Assembly (NCBI GenBank): GCA_964621305.1
Contig: CAZUOM010000001.1
Span: 165,448 to 229,447, forward strand
DNA length: 64,000 nt
Direction: 5' to 3'
Source of the DNA: an uncultured Gammaproteobacteria bacterium
Lineage (GTDB): Bacteria; Patescibacteriota; Microgenomatia; UBA10105; UBA927
Position numbers and translations under genes: made by a program. Below are positions 36,101-40,004 of the stretch, piece by piece. How positions within the stretch are numbered: the first letter of the stretch is position 1; every line of letters starts with the position of its first letter. The notes under the pieces are model-generated. The model did not search any database. It had not been told where the DNA came from and saw nothing but the letters and a program-made list of their open reading frames with translations.

Positions 36101-38399
36101 AAAATGAGATCACTGCTTTGACCTTCTCGCCGTGCAACGAAAATGTCACCTCTTTCTTTACAGGTTTCGTAGGGTTTATTGTTGCCAATTCCGCGAGGCT
36201 TTTCTGATTCTGCGGACCGAGGATTTGAGCCAGTTGTATGAGACCGTTTGCTCCGGTATTTTCGGGGCTAATACAGTTGCCCGTCACCTGACAGGAAACC
36301 AGGGTACCGACGCGGTCGATAACTTTTTCTCGGTACAACTGGTCTAAATTCACGGATCCAGACACGGGAGCAGTGATTCCTGTTGCGGATAAGTCCTGCG
36401 ATGAGACTGTTGAAAGCTTGGCAGCTGGTTTTGTCTGATCGATCAAGAGCTCAATATCCGTCGACTCGTTCCAATACTTTGTCATTACAAACACGCCTTT
36501 GCCTTTTGTCGATTGATTGAAGTAGATCTTCGAAAAATCTATACCAGGAAACTTCTTCCTAAATCCACCGTCGCCCACTATGGCTGAAATGAGTTGGTTT
36601 TGCCGTTCGGTCAGTTTCGCGTTTGGTTTGGAAAAATACGTTTGCACTGTGGACGCCAGTTCAATTTCAGCTAGGGTAAAACTATCCCTCGCACGAGCTT
36701 GAGCCGGGGCCGCAACCGGCTTTGGTGCAACGGGCTTATTGGCTGTTGCAATAATGGCTGCAATTTCGGCCGGCGTTTTATTTTTTGCAGACTCTATCGC
36801 TTTGCATCCGACACTCTCTTTATTTTTACATACTGCTTCTTTTGTCGCCTCATAATCGGCTCTTGCCCATGCACCACAGTCAACTGGCGTACTAGATGCT
36901 TTTTTATACTGCTCGCAGGTTGTCTGTGTGGCAGCTTGTTGCATGCACGCTGCGTCAATACAGGGTTTGCGGTCTTTTTCCGGTATCGCAAGATACAAAA
37001 GCACTCGCGGGTCGTACTTGCCAAGAGAATCCAATGCAATCTTTTCTTTTGCTATGGTCGCCAGAAGTGATGAGTTCGGTACCGTTAAGCTCTCCCTCAA
37101 ACGATTGACTATATCGATATAGGCCCGATCCCGCAACGCTTTTTGGCTCCCGCTTGCTTGCCCCTCTGCCAATTTCCGATCAACGGCGTTGTATGCATCT
37201 TGAGCAACAGGCAAACAGCTAAAATCAGATCCGCCGGCAAGTTTACATGCGCCCCAAGCGGCTTTTCCTGCCTCACACGGAGCGCTACCAAAACACTCAT
37301 CCGGGGCTGTTGCCGGTACCACGACAGTCGCAGGCTTTATCGCGGTAGCGGCTTTCGGACTTGGCGTAGGCGCTTCGACTGGCCGGGGTGCTGGGCTTAT
37401 CGTAGGGGGGGTTGGATCGACTATCATTGCCATACCAGGACCCCGTCCTTTAGCCAGCGATGGGGCCAGAGACGGGGCGGCCGTCGGTTCGGGACTGGGT
37501 ACGGGAGATGGAGTCGACCCAAAACAACTCACCTGACAATCGCTCCTTTTCTGTTCAATACAGCTTAAGTAACATCCCATACTATTTACTTTTGAGATCG
37601 CCTGAGCGATTAACGACTCCGGGGCAGTAGGCGCTGCTGCAGGTTGCGTCGGCGGTGGTGTTGGTGCTGGTGTCACATCCGGCGGTTGACTCGGGGGAGC
37701 AGACGGACAGACCCACGCCCAAAGCGTCTCCGCCAGTTTTTGACAACTGGCAGCTCCATAAGAGCACGATGGGCTGCCGCCGGTACAATACTTTGGCACA
37801 TCGACAGCTGCCGCCGTCACGACAGGAGTCGGAATAGACTGTGGAGTAGGCTTCTCTATAACGGCGCATCTGCCGCCGTCAACCGTAGGAATGCACCAAC
37901 TGGCCTCCGCAGCACATTCACTCGTGGTGGAGGAATCACAATATGGCTCCCGCGGCTGCGGCGGTGGTGGAGGAGGAGGGGGCGGTGACGGAGGAGCAGG
38001 TGATTCAATTTGTTCGTAATTGCACCGTCCATGCCCGCCGCACCACGCACGGTATCCTGGCTTGTCGTCGCATCTCCCCAAGTCGACACCATCAAAAAAA
38101 CCGCACTCCCGGATTACCCGCGGCCTCTCATCAGGAGCCTGTGCTGGATTTGTCGGTAGCGGTGGTGGTGGTTGAGGAGGGGGCGGCGGAGGTTTTGGTT
38201 CTGGAGGTGGCCTCGGCGGTTGTGTGGCTGGTGGTTTGGGCGCAGGCGGCCGTTTTATTGCTGCAAAATTACGAATATCGCCAACAACATCGCGGTCCGA
38301 AATAACCTTTACGGTTAGCGGCATGGTCACAGCCACCATAACAATGGCAATCAAAGCGATAATTTGAAAAAAGCCCCTTTGGGACTGTGACGTACTCAA
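12153..38399 (-). CDS. Giant 8,748 aa multidomain membrane/surface protein containing an intein
   Basis: Uninterrupted 26.2 kb ORF with recognisable SecA-like, intein, GHKL, HExxH and SLT motifs. Confidence 0.92.
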   Translation of the reverse strand: MSTSQSQRGFFQIIALIAIVMVAVTMPLTVKVISDRDVVGDIRNFAAIKRPPAPKPPATQPPRPPPEPKPPPPPPQPPPPLPTNPAQAPDERPRVIRECGFFDGVDLGRCDDKPGYRAWCGGHGRCNYEQIESPAPPSPPPPPPPPPQPREPYCDSSTTSECAAEASWCIPTVDGGRCAVIEKPTPQSIPTPVVTAAAVDVPKYCTGGSPSCSYGAASCQKLAETLWAWVCPSAPPSQPPDVTPAPTPPPTQPAAAPTAPESLIAQAISKVNSMGCYLSCIEQKRSDCQVSCFGSTPSPVPSPEPTAAPSLAPSLAKGRGPGMAMIVDPTPPTISPAPRPVEAPTPSPKAATAIKPATVVVPATAPDECFGSAPCEAGKAAWGACKLAGGSDFSCLPVAQDAYNAVDRKLAEGQASGSQKALRDRAYIDIVNRLRESLTVPNSSLLATIAKEKIALDSLGKYDPRVLLYLAIPEKDRKPCIDAACMQQAATQTTCEQYKKASSTPVDCGAWARADYEATKEAVCKNKESVGCKAIESAKNKTPAEIAAIIATANKPVAPKPVAAPAQARARDSFTLAEIELASTVQTYFSKPNAKLTERQNQLISAIVGDGGFRKKFPGIDFSKIYFNQSTKGKGVFVMTKYWNESTDIELLIDQTKPAAKLSTVSSQDLSATGITAPVSGSVNLDQLYREKVIDRVGTLVSCQVTGNCISPENTGANGLIQLAQILGPQNQKSLAELATINPTKPVKKEVTFSLHGEKVKAVISFSKKEGTHDYAISFDNKVYGTGAGVDYGIGTKTTPNAGAAAARDLCRRLEALGIDPKECETKQEKLIAAGNISSVDPIAQENRAIASYCAGKEKTCAETTKNVLDQGLTIDLKTRTTYVPAESVRRSCVSQRYTDRYIQFQGDSNIYECGSGTLLNSTEVIDRTARAIVDTVCTGQDSRYYARCHADMIEGAKASLENIAFGGLSIASKANIVLQKLAACKGNLGTGLTSCLEKEQVGFLLDTAVVQNQRANLIRAIDEENQLVQNNRKRIFEKYKADSGSSALSIEEFTKIQEDALNRIRNSLKNLGQEEQAVSEWKRGERLPTEIEKHMTEARDFGKHPLIWLGSTLNDITGGALVRTAGGDSFIDMRVDSLLAAQSQTERLRQLAAVEKSSIYRDWKRGKIDATPEKFQLEQLKALILREVDLRDIGAIRDDTQGIILSQVLRGEVDMLRVDKNIRSLSFIDNAVVKTFNALKMLPVVEGGSQLLGSSPAKQAEWGFAAELITRDAEYYNPLAAAKRYKSTSRDEVVRELATAIEMEDKAATGALVSREVSAAISADPGWLRRGVLSGAVNAIRLREDLARTKDNAPTSVERVVDTYAATLSAEDRANLEKERKNALAYKQWSSDPDNAGKTDKQFLVEQFIAMGAVRDSVANILSAKGEGVNAKDIFAGKADFVRVKKDIDNFNLAEHFVVGVNNFTSGSYLQGQFLIKDAERRMWDPNETKENQAVARLDMVRGWGMSYGKPVLSTWALVAPGGQLFQLAKAGAKILSVPVALNVGGSAVGLYFTGDSLQQTAHACAFGHEMDGGECARSAMMTTFAGLSSATSISQTAKWIKQLEVAKNAPAGALALVGQAGNASGKLALVEKSSDAVVAVSNSLKPSLVPTKGISGALERINHYLGPVVFSWNAADVCSKESIGSGNCQLALAMAGVSLARLTQPRQAAFNPNAKALIQKADTTVNSLQAAVACAAAFSGGASADQCASQLGAAGLSAGSLRQGLGERGKTVGSRVGLEKALADIDALTAAPEQLPERLQEAKTRLRAAIIDTGKAEAQAHAMARELSIKEENRTRVEREFDKAAKRWNSLFEKDGSLRVSNNLESLITPEKVDAARSALYAADAAVRQEAAIRTSPGNFIRQAVDRASGNADYKDFEAKRKAFEEIAKKPDADATAYKEAFTRLADARQKLESREWTKSQREVMDELKQLQKDQAEREEAYQKLVQENRSEKDAQEFTKRADQQVELAADWDSANKKIAVLEKEFTASGGLRRKVAEVFIGTKRNPGPLVAATVAIGDGVSGQSLKKSALDAKARMVASHEAREILERRIDLLKSEGKPVAADLEKALESAKSNEKAADELYNRAKKQTDESIRIKLGKTIDNIINRGEGAARQKLADTTGRLGEVAKQLRDDGFRIQRKDTGELELVSLDGKNEPKPEAKARLTEVSALLGEIETIWSDELSRKTGNQEQRKMVGPNEERADQSGIFYDAVFDASVKDDITGVLYDGSTGLGKSAFLLNAIADVKAKLTGSKVHVMATTFADVQGMMAQYPPEVHARNGVKAVYYDIQNRQVTYVDGKGNRKTVGGSEGAAAMASSDVVYSATADTPYEHHASRASDELSRAFLSATKDSILLIDEFDMILASTRFSSGGKKILVVDSNPEIVKAFEEIYHSQEVKDFVDAGITEKQQGGRSKLFIDDQGGVRLSADNKAQEMRLKMVLKAAEQSYNRTKSQSDPAFETWAQEKHITHYENGNRRVIPEEIIAQLNVYRNAPDAPRPFVQDLSVRLSVVNAIIADVGRPSNSYGRPSPGADLVYGDGTGRLQNTRPQDAYAALSLDTVGNRIQEALNNRPISHEDAGKQTSRVTVSEQGETTTWKQIIASGHYSQRVYGFSGTPDGVVLDARLSLGMEMKAFQPDRSSVEQIFGQINRTRDFTWKEIDSTEKIAVKELQKGEAARVILDAVDTDRRILERKIVDEGKKMGEDVEVIIINNDNTIAESEKVRVYKNGNPDHSIVGREGRTALEEFLRQYEVGSRGDRRFILVYTQGSGRGTDIAGVFRKGDVPRSGRSSASSDAQYIIASKYKTTKNGLVQDIGRAREIASDATVYVLGEADASYTLADAEKIFDQNEGLAAKDQGPRQGTRQEALTHSLAQGYDDLVKNTIDQLVLESNEQSFVDRLFRRKPRSFVLDADGKPVDVSQKWKSLYDRVAGGSDSLSNGLESGAATIDRAAARAREFINGLKDTPEFGLLSDRAKEFYYDRIYNSGKRTEIALIENPSLSFNPEAVRGKNLQDAVRIDDRTAIINSKVSQSDIAASIVRQGAETPVRLGPQEVPASTPSPLEIFDNIASARPDLARQADVEFSDRNIPDTLRQSSKQEAVELAQRFAQWKPHEKLTPGDVAVFIEINARLTQNNLPSLQLGKDILQDPELFLALYRFLVRARNAAAQLPPGSQEKIGELNDKISTYEQTFGIADGSLPSFRFTAISVASGHTVKEIDARLEAAYGFFEPSLGQAIINVSNVEHPDGFARTAFEEAFHGARMGKSGYGLYGQPISLEEASVRWFARKLGLHTLQYETPFIDGFGKLVDVIGEADAYQIARLGQWEKARDLYESKRGIGTYLRDFSDINDQRFLQLTGFLFSQPESLEGEVRTDTSAPSPGKDRREAIKRASAVIFRWEQVRAQERSEEDQAVLLAGIAAAYESADSDIVKQADQWKDAYRNAAKHRVAEGAVDAVVNEEVAVARELLANPDIDLESAVGEGRLDSSSKRILTILTASYRATKQGGQVQQWPTFRKFFNFTLSDDQLRTAYGIDVAKETAGRFGWMGARGPIGKWTNAAFFGLGRGGRLFNWTYATSPAGWAETSRFVITRSPIGWFLLPKFGIWSFGYDIARSVNWVWQNVRPQPAPPSASAAQANVQASQVHSVELALEDGLVIAKDASDNVIAVIPRIPDPNPGIVEAIRSKIPLPIIGAPAPLRWGNPVVFKEGTAVRTHVGVYAMRKLGDKSVLNRGEDVIAQAQGLGKADPIEGTKIPITNHTQLKYIVANYSWFKLLGSGLVYWGNLAGRGGSGHPALFPEALFEPVTPTTDTPTGPESITAQPAEKAQSDTDRAVKVFNDLSDQAKELGIAVPIVNQADLASIQNGINELRTRLEQVRKLNEVLDLIRGDNIGLNDEWKKVGENALKKTSDKNEVVNSIRGAILTSKDVADKIAKLTADERARVQEAARERAQQIYEIVVSKQQASISQAEQHIERVLSDKGNFLYYGEWKEVAQNAKRYPFPYAVGFVKAAIQDALKEEIAILGEAVWNSKYDQRVEKLARQIAHEVLPAEPLALKPGQQQIPLAPGEVAEQARQAEQARPVTPRTPAGAVPEARLPECVTGDTILRRRRRKSKIKDQKVKIGGGDGDWKTRDLLTQWSLLRRVIAIIGSIAESFGFGDVVLSGRGFGGMTPPAVDILKREINCQQEKDSKQCSQNIDEVDRIYLGDIHTSSFLTMTSSMYQKATEDVNPNVRNAASAPLAAMGATTNPANRTWPMSWQIPESDRSWSGESRNGLAINTRCGTDGDDTATLGLLSMMVCGMLRNVGGLDEDWLAGHSLDEGWEDVRIDEIEEGDEILTLDERSGCLVPAYVNKLLVKGMQDVYKLSTLLGRKIETTSTHPYYRETSRPSVKRKIAVFIDDANVFYAQRRAGWRVSWKKFLRLLSASGDIVYAGYYVGTPEGKLKTQAASYISDRATEGYRVVTKPLKKIITNPKTGAFIYKCNFDVEMAWDIQSYLASVTDVVVVSGDSDFVNLAKQIKSQGKNFTMMCFEQNAAWEIRKIPHLFIEKLRVWLDKGGKKAPLARGEETVYILSNRMDHVKGGQWCRVSQLRVGDRIAVAGAGHAFYDTVVSIEKVGRKEVFDIEVEGTHNFVANGIVAHNTTVRTEYRINPKLDPLVQLATSRSLHDDELTQLTLNEIDELERRLSKRFANEKKDRSKRIMEENISVVREIKSIITLVESLSFGIVNHEDNEKISALEVWMARHEQEYKADVFSFGFAARAAIPQIGGFGAVSDIWNLLRASDETLVEEKEQLPILRLNNNGPTHEEVLASKTAFAYQTETFGGIDYDHYVWAVQRLHSGQVDGKTLTTLLSQLGLSINLTGKDAAQAIFESLSRTGFTPEIINLVNAGTFEDPLTDVDISFQSGRQKVQGIAETVSNSRDALVPEAIIGQFSKGVKQNLGWLEPNGKDTLFVLTANGGKFFVQSFIRAPSGQYFISPAKEISKEEFRDKAQAQITAFEKESGQPFTHGTIFALRLSTPLVKQTTPENFITQEEIDRRLRERFPFETRVRLTTQVGDAGTHRVNGHEHKRIIVPAGRKLPDPKEVDKRHIFVFVNEQGTTTVDNGTGMDAGVFTRMMVSKTGTKTPGPLDIEAELDRMMIVSDDTLPHAVSFARNGEVIETVVIPETLAESSTMPGGLMIELGRLFEVSEARDLVNIPQSNNPGEITAFEQGVMHLVNLLVEYAQRPEIGPEQKAEYLTIINTMIVGLEGIEHGNPEAIAAVASIRTKTMKAIEPIIGSLADRYIVVPDDGQFTKLAIPTGKTALFLHPKIFAWEGATSLVKQFGAKPIRGLELANGAQIVVAPFTDASFDHVRKVKEDWWTVPERDRLPIIITDRVVVIPPELGMRRLLEIIDKKISRSQSDLEEKELAGLIERINIVTSSRVVTSYEKVPTSPSIALSLADFVRSEGEIDSAAINRYLVDPPKEAVAGVTHTLPPVGTKVNAFLTSEGTLIDLYSGRLVVDNSGNTLGQKSRVKKIDFLPGNHTEVLFEDGTLVLYRVAPAGWTEITRADPGFVFEYSPDKQWVYVKVPGWDIIGSVIHLLPENEKRYWAESEFSTTGPAASKNIYGNVSFSPTSTYLTYLEVDSNHRTETNLSIVNLKKPDQKPLSVSLQIPSSWLASDTRGEILKNVTVSQAINPYADVAYVALNYKGKRSMQLVDLATGRVLITDAKHLMTEPTGRLTMAIGYNDKIKAVLSSDGVSHTQLPDGTPIESVISFFGSGGLSGVGSINPKDGKLYLYNDAAKGFIAGDPALDYLNKNALFAVSFSETDVRYFSFPGVGTRISLAPNELDLLGQRGNGTVYLDADNKLIIDTRIPTVKRAYHAHVLPGTNPAPLEFGDVAVMGSIGDTLLVWRRPHVVVMANVGGGTSQQQYTGAWDGQAGGFFVRASPGDNGQYILMRLNTASPSPRVLPGLSETDYPEVIFDGKYFVFTNSDTKKAAYLDPAKPDDIMFVSLDAAAGETALAEQPMLVAIQNGILIHAETKKPILFSGTAKSVDNVEWVKPIGKGYFRYKDKKMHTEILLHIRGYVAEVLTGSLKGEELLVSSNQQWVYGRGYKIAVNTKTGQKHFLTNNFKTNAPSVVNEQVIQNSVQFTSDGKYLIYQTEDTASKDQHTFIIDAVSGSILNTNTSVSSLKEPVWRIHPHAPVMLFQDRDRIILWDLKNGQQIEGKHIRVDSSGAYAVVVDKNDRVGIYLIGSGRDVIWQMPNRKSITQAVTTFYIDGSVDVFVTDEDGKIWILENGAFVNQFGTKPRIKILLRLFYTNNYVVIFYLFDANNINTHSLPAKPYGDLGPLQQTGDANVYYDANLGLIMDSSHPSKLTAINPSTGQINTTFFKGTIVSYSEKRNAIFIDRDGKLTEVNNGNFVGRDFGYALDINKRYLVRKGALDRFFFVDLGENTPEVELKAAAGMTNVVFDGRYFVFSNHTTGAIMYMKPDDPSALLSAAEVAAQADAANQSAITTIRPPTAPNRLVITKDGSGSYRLFDTDNKQPFGKEYVEVTRLGKNSFFVIEKQTGEQRLLTFDDTKPLSMALPVVDEVIQPGYKLVRVSEDVALFRGIFGTGIRHKAVLLHDIKQDLTTNMGSVASDSRIELSASGKYIVYVNDKSELVFNNSNNFILQDRIGDMGAIDSYSVHTYADVVIVKLKSGKYALFSLDKKDYVAWTPANPADHIEIDSTGKFIIGKNSLPSGVSVSISKIDGENVGIEMDNIFVSSDDEHDYVVVEIGSGPSYQVAKFSRQDGTRKDVYTFKNLNKFLASDMLPRFWERYDKDQKSIWDRSSDRVVRSPSSELSLTYSSNPPTFGARLNFRLEGDYVVEQVEKSSGPETRLVDLLSGSETNFIAGWWDTVGLTRLPTSEPDEWFGRNRAAPYGRAQIVYVGKGNLASGEEYITVDGKYSLMRTLGGWRVQNTTGPENVIAPSIPGGYSLMEANGDTFVLASESDPNDVRFVNPAALLVQRQRFPAQNEADIAAKQKLYDTWKSEVLSKRNDRIALIRSGYQPLLDAAPEEYRGNIEQKITSTLSQLYQAEDAEFRRRFTAHVQGGQLDTTTQLPFDNIAPRFRRMTDLAKAHMDRVGPLLHQESAAVRKNYIVNLFSSLVSLVADPAIPVDGWNEAMLEVLALGWQVKSAQHATLLPTLSNFLNSYREAVNNTAGAREKLVRMWDAAVDAGGAEKLGVILDQLGKITTKDPQVRDDYFRQMATALNKPSSAELADFVRAPQPDNKLGPARGFAIFLTNRVPELPTRERLVYEGSEIALPQDGAYLTQLIAKNANRTNKQGNEVMDTEELFSDIDSLPPKDPEGEERLAVEARTKRPPGTYTTEAVQNAQDATVDNSRGELTIAYYLEDGPLGKESVEEFYDDGTGADKELVLLLRKSTKKKGLQEASGGFFGSGLDSYYEGVDRVEFVNNNGKLAYQFTVTVDRDKNGRYVGRRVTGVRRIRDSRVKQGLLVRRIRNADRTIAELDQYLAVESWRENTAMAQTDRFAISLINEKGAKEAIYDMKNTEKLTEVPLNNFGLLRMTQTKGLFSKVVDAGGRKVSDIPDSYKALIPKTLWPLIDELGLVIQIPLPLIQGRTSFAHEEDYLPTIQKYIAIEFYKALAYKALTQTNPEFTFYGLPTDWDQNDDYWRVMENHYSAELIELKTKINAADYAGISNSQLMKYLETTTGAAPYADAHIPLMTLVNVSVSRRGELTTESLFGRRIAVLGARKEASQRAEEMRKKFGVKKTEVPNKQDIPNFEARVTMAAGIETGHEQMRHPQDFVVEPKTPDEFFLLAIALHNYAPLGYRRVFLVNESVSFAGAFNGDEVYLNRSLARDLGRAHGTLTHEEGHALEPEAIHLLPLGGKPGGIIVTHSSGFTHQSIGMFADAMKYAAAMTLFHHIPYNQVLPVAAVAAVAADKTSCSVCSSFLRVVFAAAGNIKDLGRQGKMVEMLALSRSTASYIKDHLGNQLTNFLLQRKKNMIAFGVAQLSQQLATADGLAAAGRIGDAQRKYLAALRLARGLAKTTLQEQVKAHDDDLTRLSYAVANVMSVRLSVPSSQPKTWRQPCLSLQLVPRALAQDDGQRGDPCATMPALILDTIGRAAHFAANTALFVLPGAATPWRADPADPSISLRQRATATFFEVLGLFAIPLAIQAGGIAPNPADIDVFQTWGPIGGYGIARLWYHASFGRVGQMIGDAKVIPVNLFSIARQVVSFAKDVLRFGTPEFLHPDKGISDAEGKVRNWMDVALPAAGAVISFFNPQWDFWQMPLAGYMFSRTINTMWHGLQNLSRLQDDCSGRAFLISKVHAAGTSASGEGQSIGKSIVCAIARSIYFATHLTEVVEQAGNGNTPVRMILLRIVPGSFVALAFCWDAREPLHQRLCANFIPIDPSPTHHRDEEVIRLTRPHLMPKVFAPSPKRSLPDINQRHQDLVALLTKLYPQAGLGTMSETLGIIQIADLFGIPPEILMAQIHRESLFGRYVHGNGYFGLMQIGQDAAGDMTRRLPEFISNMPEGPQRLEVARVHKRLVEQKDYWKRDPTANILIGSMYMAWIKNYIASSVAPEFSEATQWALTVGRYNKGKLIDRAVASCLKTEKSTCRTIDKSQIKWEHISKSEHLLYSSKFLFGETIGIRFANEAGVYVADVLGNAARLRTLMMTSDNEFKLIEQRYTQKDLKNLLFPDVTPVSGTKR
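12280..12880 (-). other. Lytic transglycosylase (SLT) domain of the giant protein
   Basis: GIPPEILMAQIHRES, GLMQI, DPTANILIGSMYM, YNKG motifs. Confidence 0.88.
14600..14850 (-). other. Zincin-like metallopeptidase domain of the giant protein
   Basis: FAGAF..VYLN..GTLTHEEGHALE (HExxH at 14676-14690). Confidence 0.7.
15800..16230 (-). other. GHKL (HATPase_c) ATPase-like domain of the giant protein
   Basis: EAVQNAQDA (N box), DDGTG (G1), GGFFGSGL (G2). Confidence 0.82.
17310..21850 (-). repeat. Three diverged ~500 aa beta-propeller-like repeats in the giant protein
   Basis: Co-linear motifs: FSPTSTYLTY / FTSDGKYLIY / LSASGKYIVY; NPYADV / HPHAPV / HTYADV; FDGKYFVF / FDGRYFVF / NGDTFVL. Confidence 0.7.
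24544..24611 (+). promoter_or_regulatory. Antisense promoter followed directly by an intrinsic terminator, inside the intein
   Basis: TTGACA-N17-TAAGAT (24544-24572); CCCCGC-GCAA-GCGGGG + CTTTTTT (24589-24611). Confidence 0.65.
24620..25112 (-). other. NYN / LabA-DUF88 (PIN-like) nuclease domain inserted in the intein
   Basis: IAVFIDDANVFY, KCNFDVEMAWD, VVSGDSDF motifs. Confidence 0.9.
25397..25426 (+). promoter_or_regulatory. Promoter for the antisense gene pair inside the intein
   Basis: TTGACA-N18-TATCAT, 8 nt before GTG 25435 (leaderless geometry seen elsewhere in the window). Confidence 0.65.
25435..25659 (+). CDS. Small two-TM membrane protein, antisense within the intein
   Basis: LSPDQLRSLSGICQDIGQVLFAGFVVAP...FLTLGLTSSVAFWYIELVI; own promoter; ATGA overlap with next ORF. 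Confidence 0.6.
   Translation: MPHLVFIANPFRLSPDQLRSLSGICQDIGQVLFAGFVVAPIAAKGADAAFLTLGLTSSVAFWYIELVIVRKLEV
25656..25799 (+). CDS. 47 aa single-TM protein, antisense within the intein
   Basis: MNVAQINTIYLVYILAALLAIFFLLAVYFSFKDIDSRR..., start overlaps previous stop (ATGA). Confidence 0.55.
   Translation: MNVAQINTIYLVYILAALLAIFFLLAVYFSFKDIDSRRGHSSKTSSR
29800..31620 (-). other. SecA-like SF2 ATPase domain of the giant protein
   Basis: GSTGLGKS, VHVMAT, LIDEFDMIL, GFSGTP, GSGRGTDI, QDIGRAR in SecA motif order. Confidence 0.85.
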
Positions 38400-38475
38400 G
38401 TTTAGAATCTTATTAAAGAAGATCTATAAATACAGTATTAGTTTAAATGCTATTGTGTCAAGTCGATGAAAAGAT

Positions 38476-39018
38476 TTACCGAAGGATTTTTGAGGCTGTT
38501 TGAGGTCTTCGGTTGTCGAAATGATATAGTACTAAAAAGGTTGCCATGAGAGCAAAAATTCCAGCTATTGCTGCCAACACGGACCAACTATCGACTAATC
38601 TTCTTACATTGTGCACAATCAAACGAAAGAAAAGCAAGAGGTAAGTTGTCTGAATTGGGAACGAGACCATGTGCCAATACCCAGCAAAGTTCCACCGGAA
38701 TGGATGGGGCATAGACCAATTAGTCATCTTGACTTTTCCCTGAATAAAATGGGTCAAAAAATCCAATACCAAAGCACAACCAACAGCCCACAACAAGTCA
38801 TTCGGAGTCAATTTATAACCCATCTTTACCGTTACGTAATATATCAAAACATTAATTAACGGAACAATAAAACCATCTCCCAACCAACCGGTGTAGTAAT
38901 CCAGAAGAGTCTTTTGCCCGACAAACGCGCGCGGATTTTCCCTTTTTTCCCAAATGTAATAGGATAACTGTACCCCGTAACTGAGAACAAAACTTGCAAT
39001 AAGAATCAATACATACAT
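38476..39018 (-). CDS. Multi-pass membrane hypothetical protein
   Basis: 180 aa, about five hydrophobic helices; directly upstream of and co-oriented with the giant gene. Confidence 0.75.
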   Translation of the reverse strand: MYVLILIASFVLSYGVQLSYYIWEKRENPRAFVGQKTLLDYYTGWLGDGFIVPLINVLIYYVTVKMGYKLTPNDLLWAVGCALVLDFLTHFIQGKVKMTNWSMPHPFRWNFAGYWHMVSFPIQTTYLLLFFRLIVHNVRRLVDSWSVLAAIAGIFALMATFLVLYHFDNRRPQTASKILR

Positions 39019-39032
39019 ATACTGATTCTATC

Positions 39033-39764
39033 ATGCACTGCCCCAACGGCGACAACCTACTCATCGACAAAGCCCCAAAACACGACGGGTTAACTCTCCA
39101 TTACCTACTATGTCTCAGTTGTGGCGGCATCTGGGTGTCAAGTTTTGACGCAAACTACCTCAAATATGTCGATATTCCAGCTTCGCAAGGAGAGTCCTTG
39201 CGGACGCAAGGACTCTCCTTAATACTTTTATGTCCGCAATGCCGGAAGGGTCTTTTGAGAGCTACCGGCGACAATGTCCCGCCGGATGTTGTTGCCTATC
39301 GCTGCCCTGACGGTCACGGCTACTTTTTCCCGGCAGGAGAGCTCCTGAAGTTTAAGGAAGCGCAGGAGGTAAAAATTGAATATCACCAAAAATGGCATAT
39401 ACCGCTTGCCTCCGTTGCCAGCGCTCTCCTCATGACGATGACGGGCCTGATCATCTCCGCAGGCCTCATCATCGGCGTCATCGAGGGGGAGCGACAACAG
39501 ACGATCACCTCGCAAGCAGAAGAGATCATCAAATCTCAGAAAGCCTACGTGGACCAAACCAACCGCGCCGTCACCATCATCGCTCTGACGGCCGAACCGA
39601 TAGCCCTCACCGTCGTCGTTGACGGGAAAGAACATCCCATGCTAGCTCCCGATGCCCGCTCCCACGTCGTCCGCATTACAAACATCGCCCCCGGCGACCA
39701 CTCCTACTTCTTCCGCTTCCATAAAGAAAGGGAAAGGATAGAATCTCCAATATTCTCATTCTGA
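39033..39764 (+). CDS. Tandem zf-TFIIB-like zinc-ribbon protein with TM helix and C-terminal beta domain
   Basis: CPNG..CLSCGGIW, CPQC..CPDGHGYFF, then TM segment. Confidence 0.8.
   Translation: MHCPNGDNLLIDKAPKHDGLTLHYLLCLSCGGIWVSSFDANYLKYVDIPASQGESLRTQGLSLILLCPQCRKGLLRATGDNVPPDVVAYRCPDGHGYFFPAGELLKFKEAQEVKIEYHQKWHIPLASVASALLMTMTGLIISAGLIIGVIEGERQQTITSQAEEIIKSQKAYVDQTNRAVTIIALTAEPIALTVVVDGKEHPMLAPDARSHVVRITNIAPGDHSYFFRFHKERERIESPIFSF
39187..39220. repeat. Perfect REP-like palindrome within a coding sequence
   Basis: AAGGAGAGTCCTTGCG-GA-CGCAAGGACTCTCCTT. Confidence 0.8.
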
Positions 39765-40004
39765 AATCTTCATTTCTTTCAGTATTTCTTGAAAAAATTA
39801 GGAAATCCTGATATAATAAGCCGTTTCCACAATGTGTCAATTTTCGCCGACCATCTGTGGTCTAAAATTCTAGATATAGTAATGTATTCTAGGATATAGC
39901 TCGAGATTTGAGCTACGCGAATTCCTCTTACTGAGCGTCTTCGCGAAGTACTTTAACAAGTTACGGTGCAGATATTGGTAGGGAGGACGATGGACGGATG
40001 TAGC

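Noticed and set aside
37940-38250. GGT/GGC-rich repeats as a CRISPR or DNA repeat array
   Set aside because: They are proline codons of the giant protein; there is no repeat-spacer periodicity and no cas genes.
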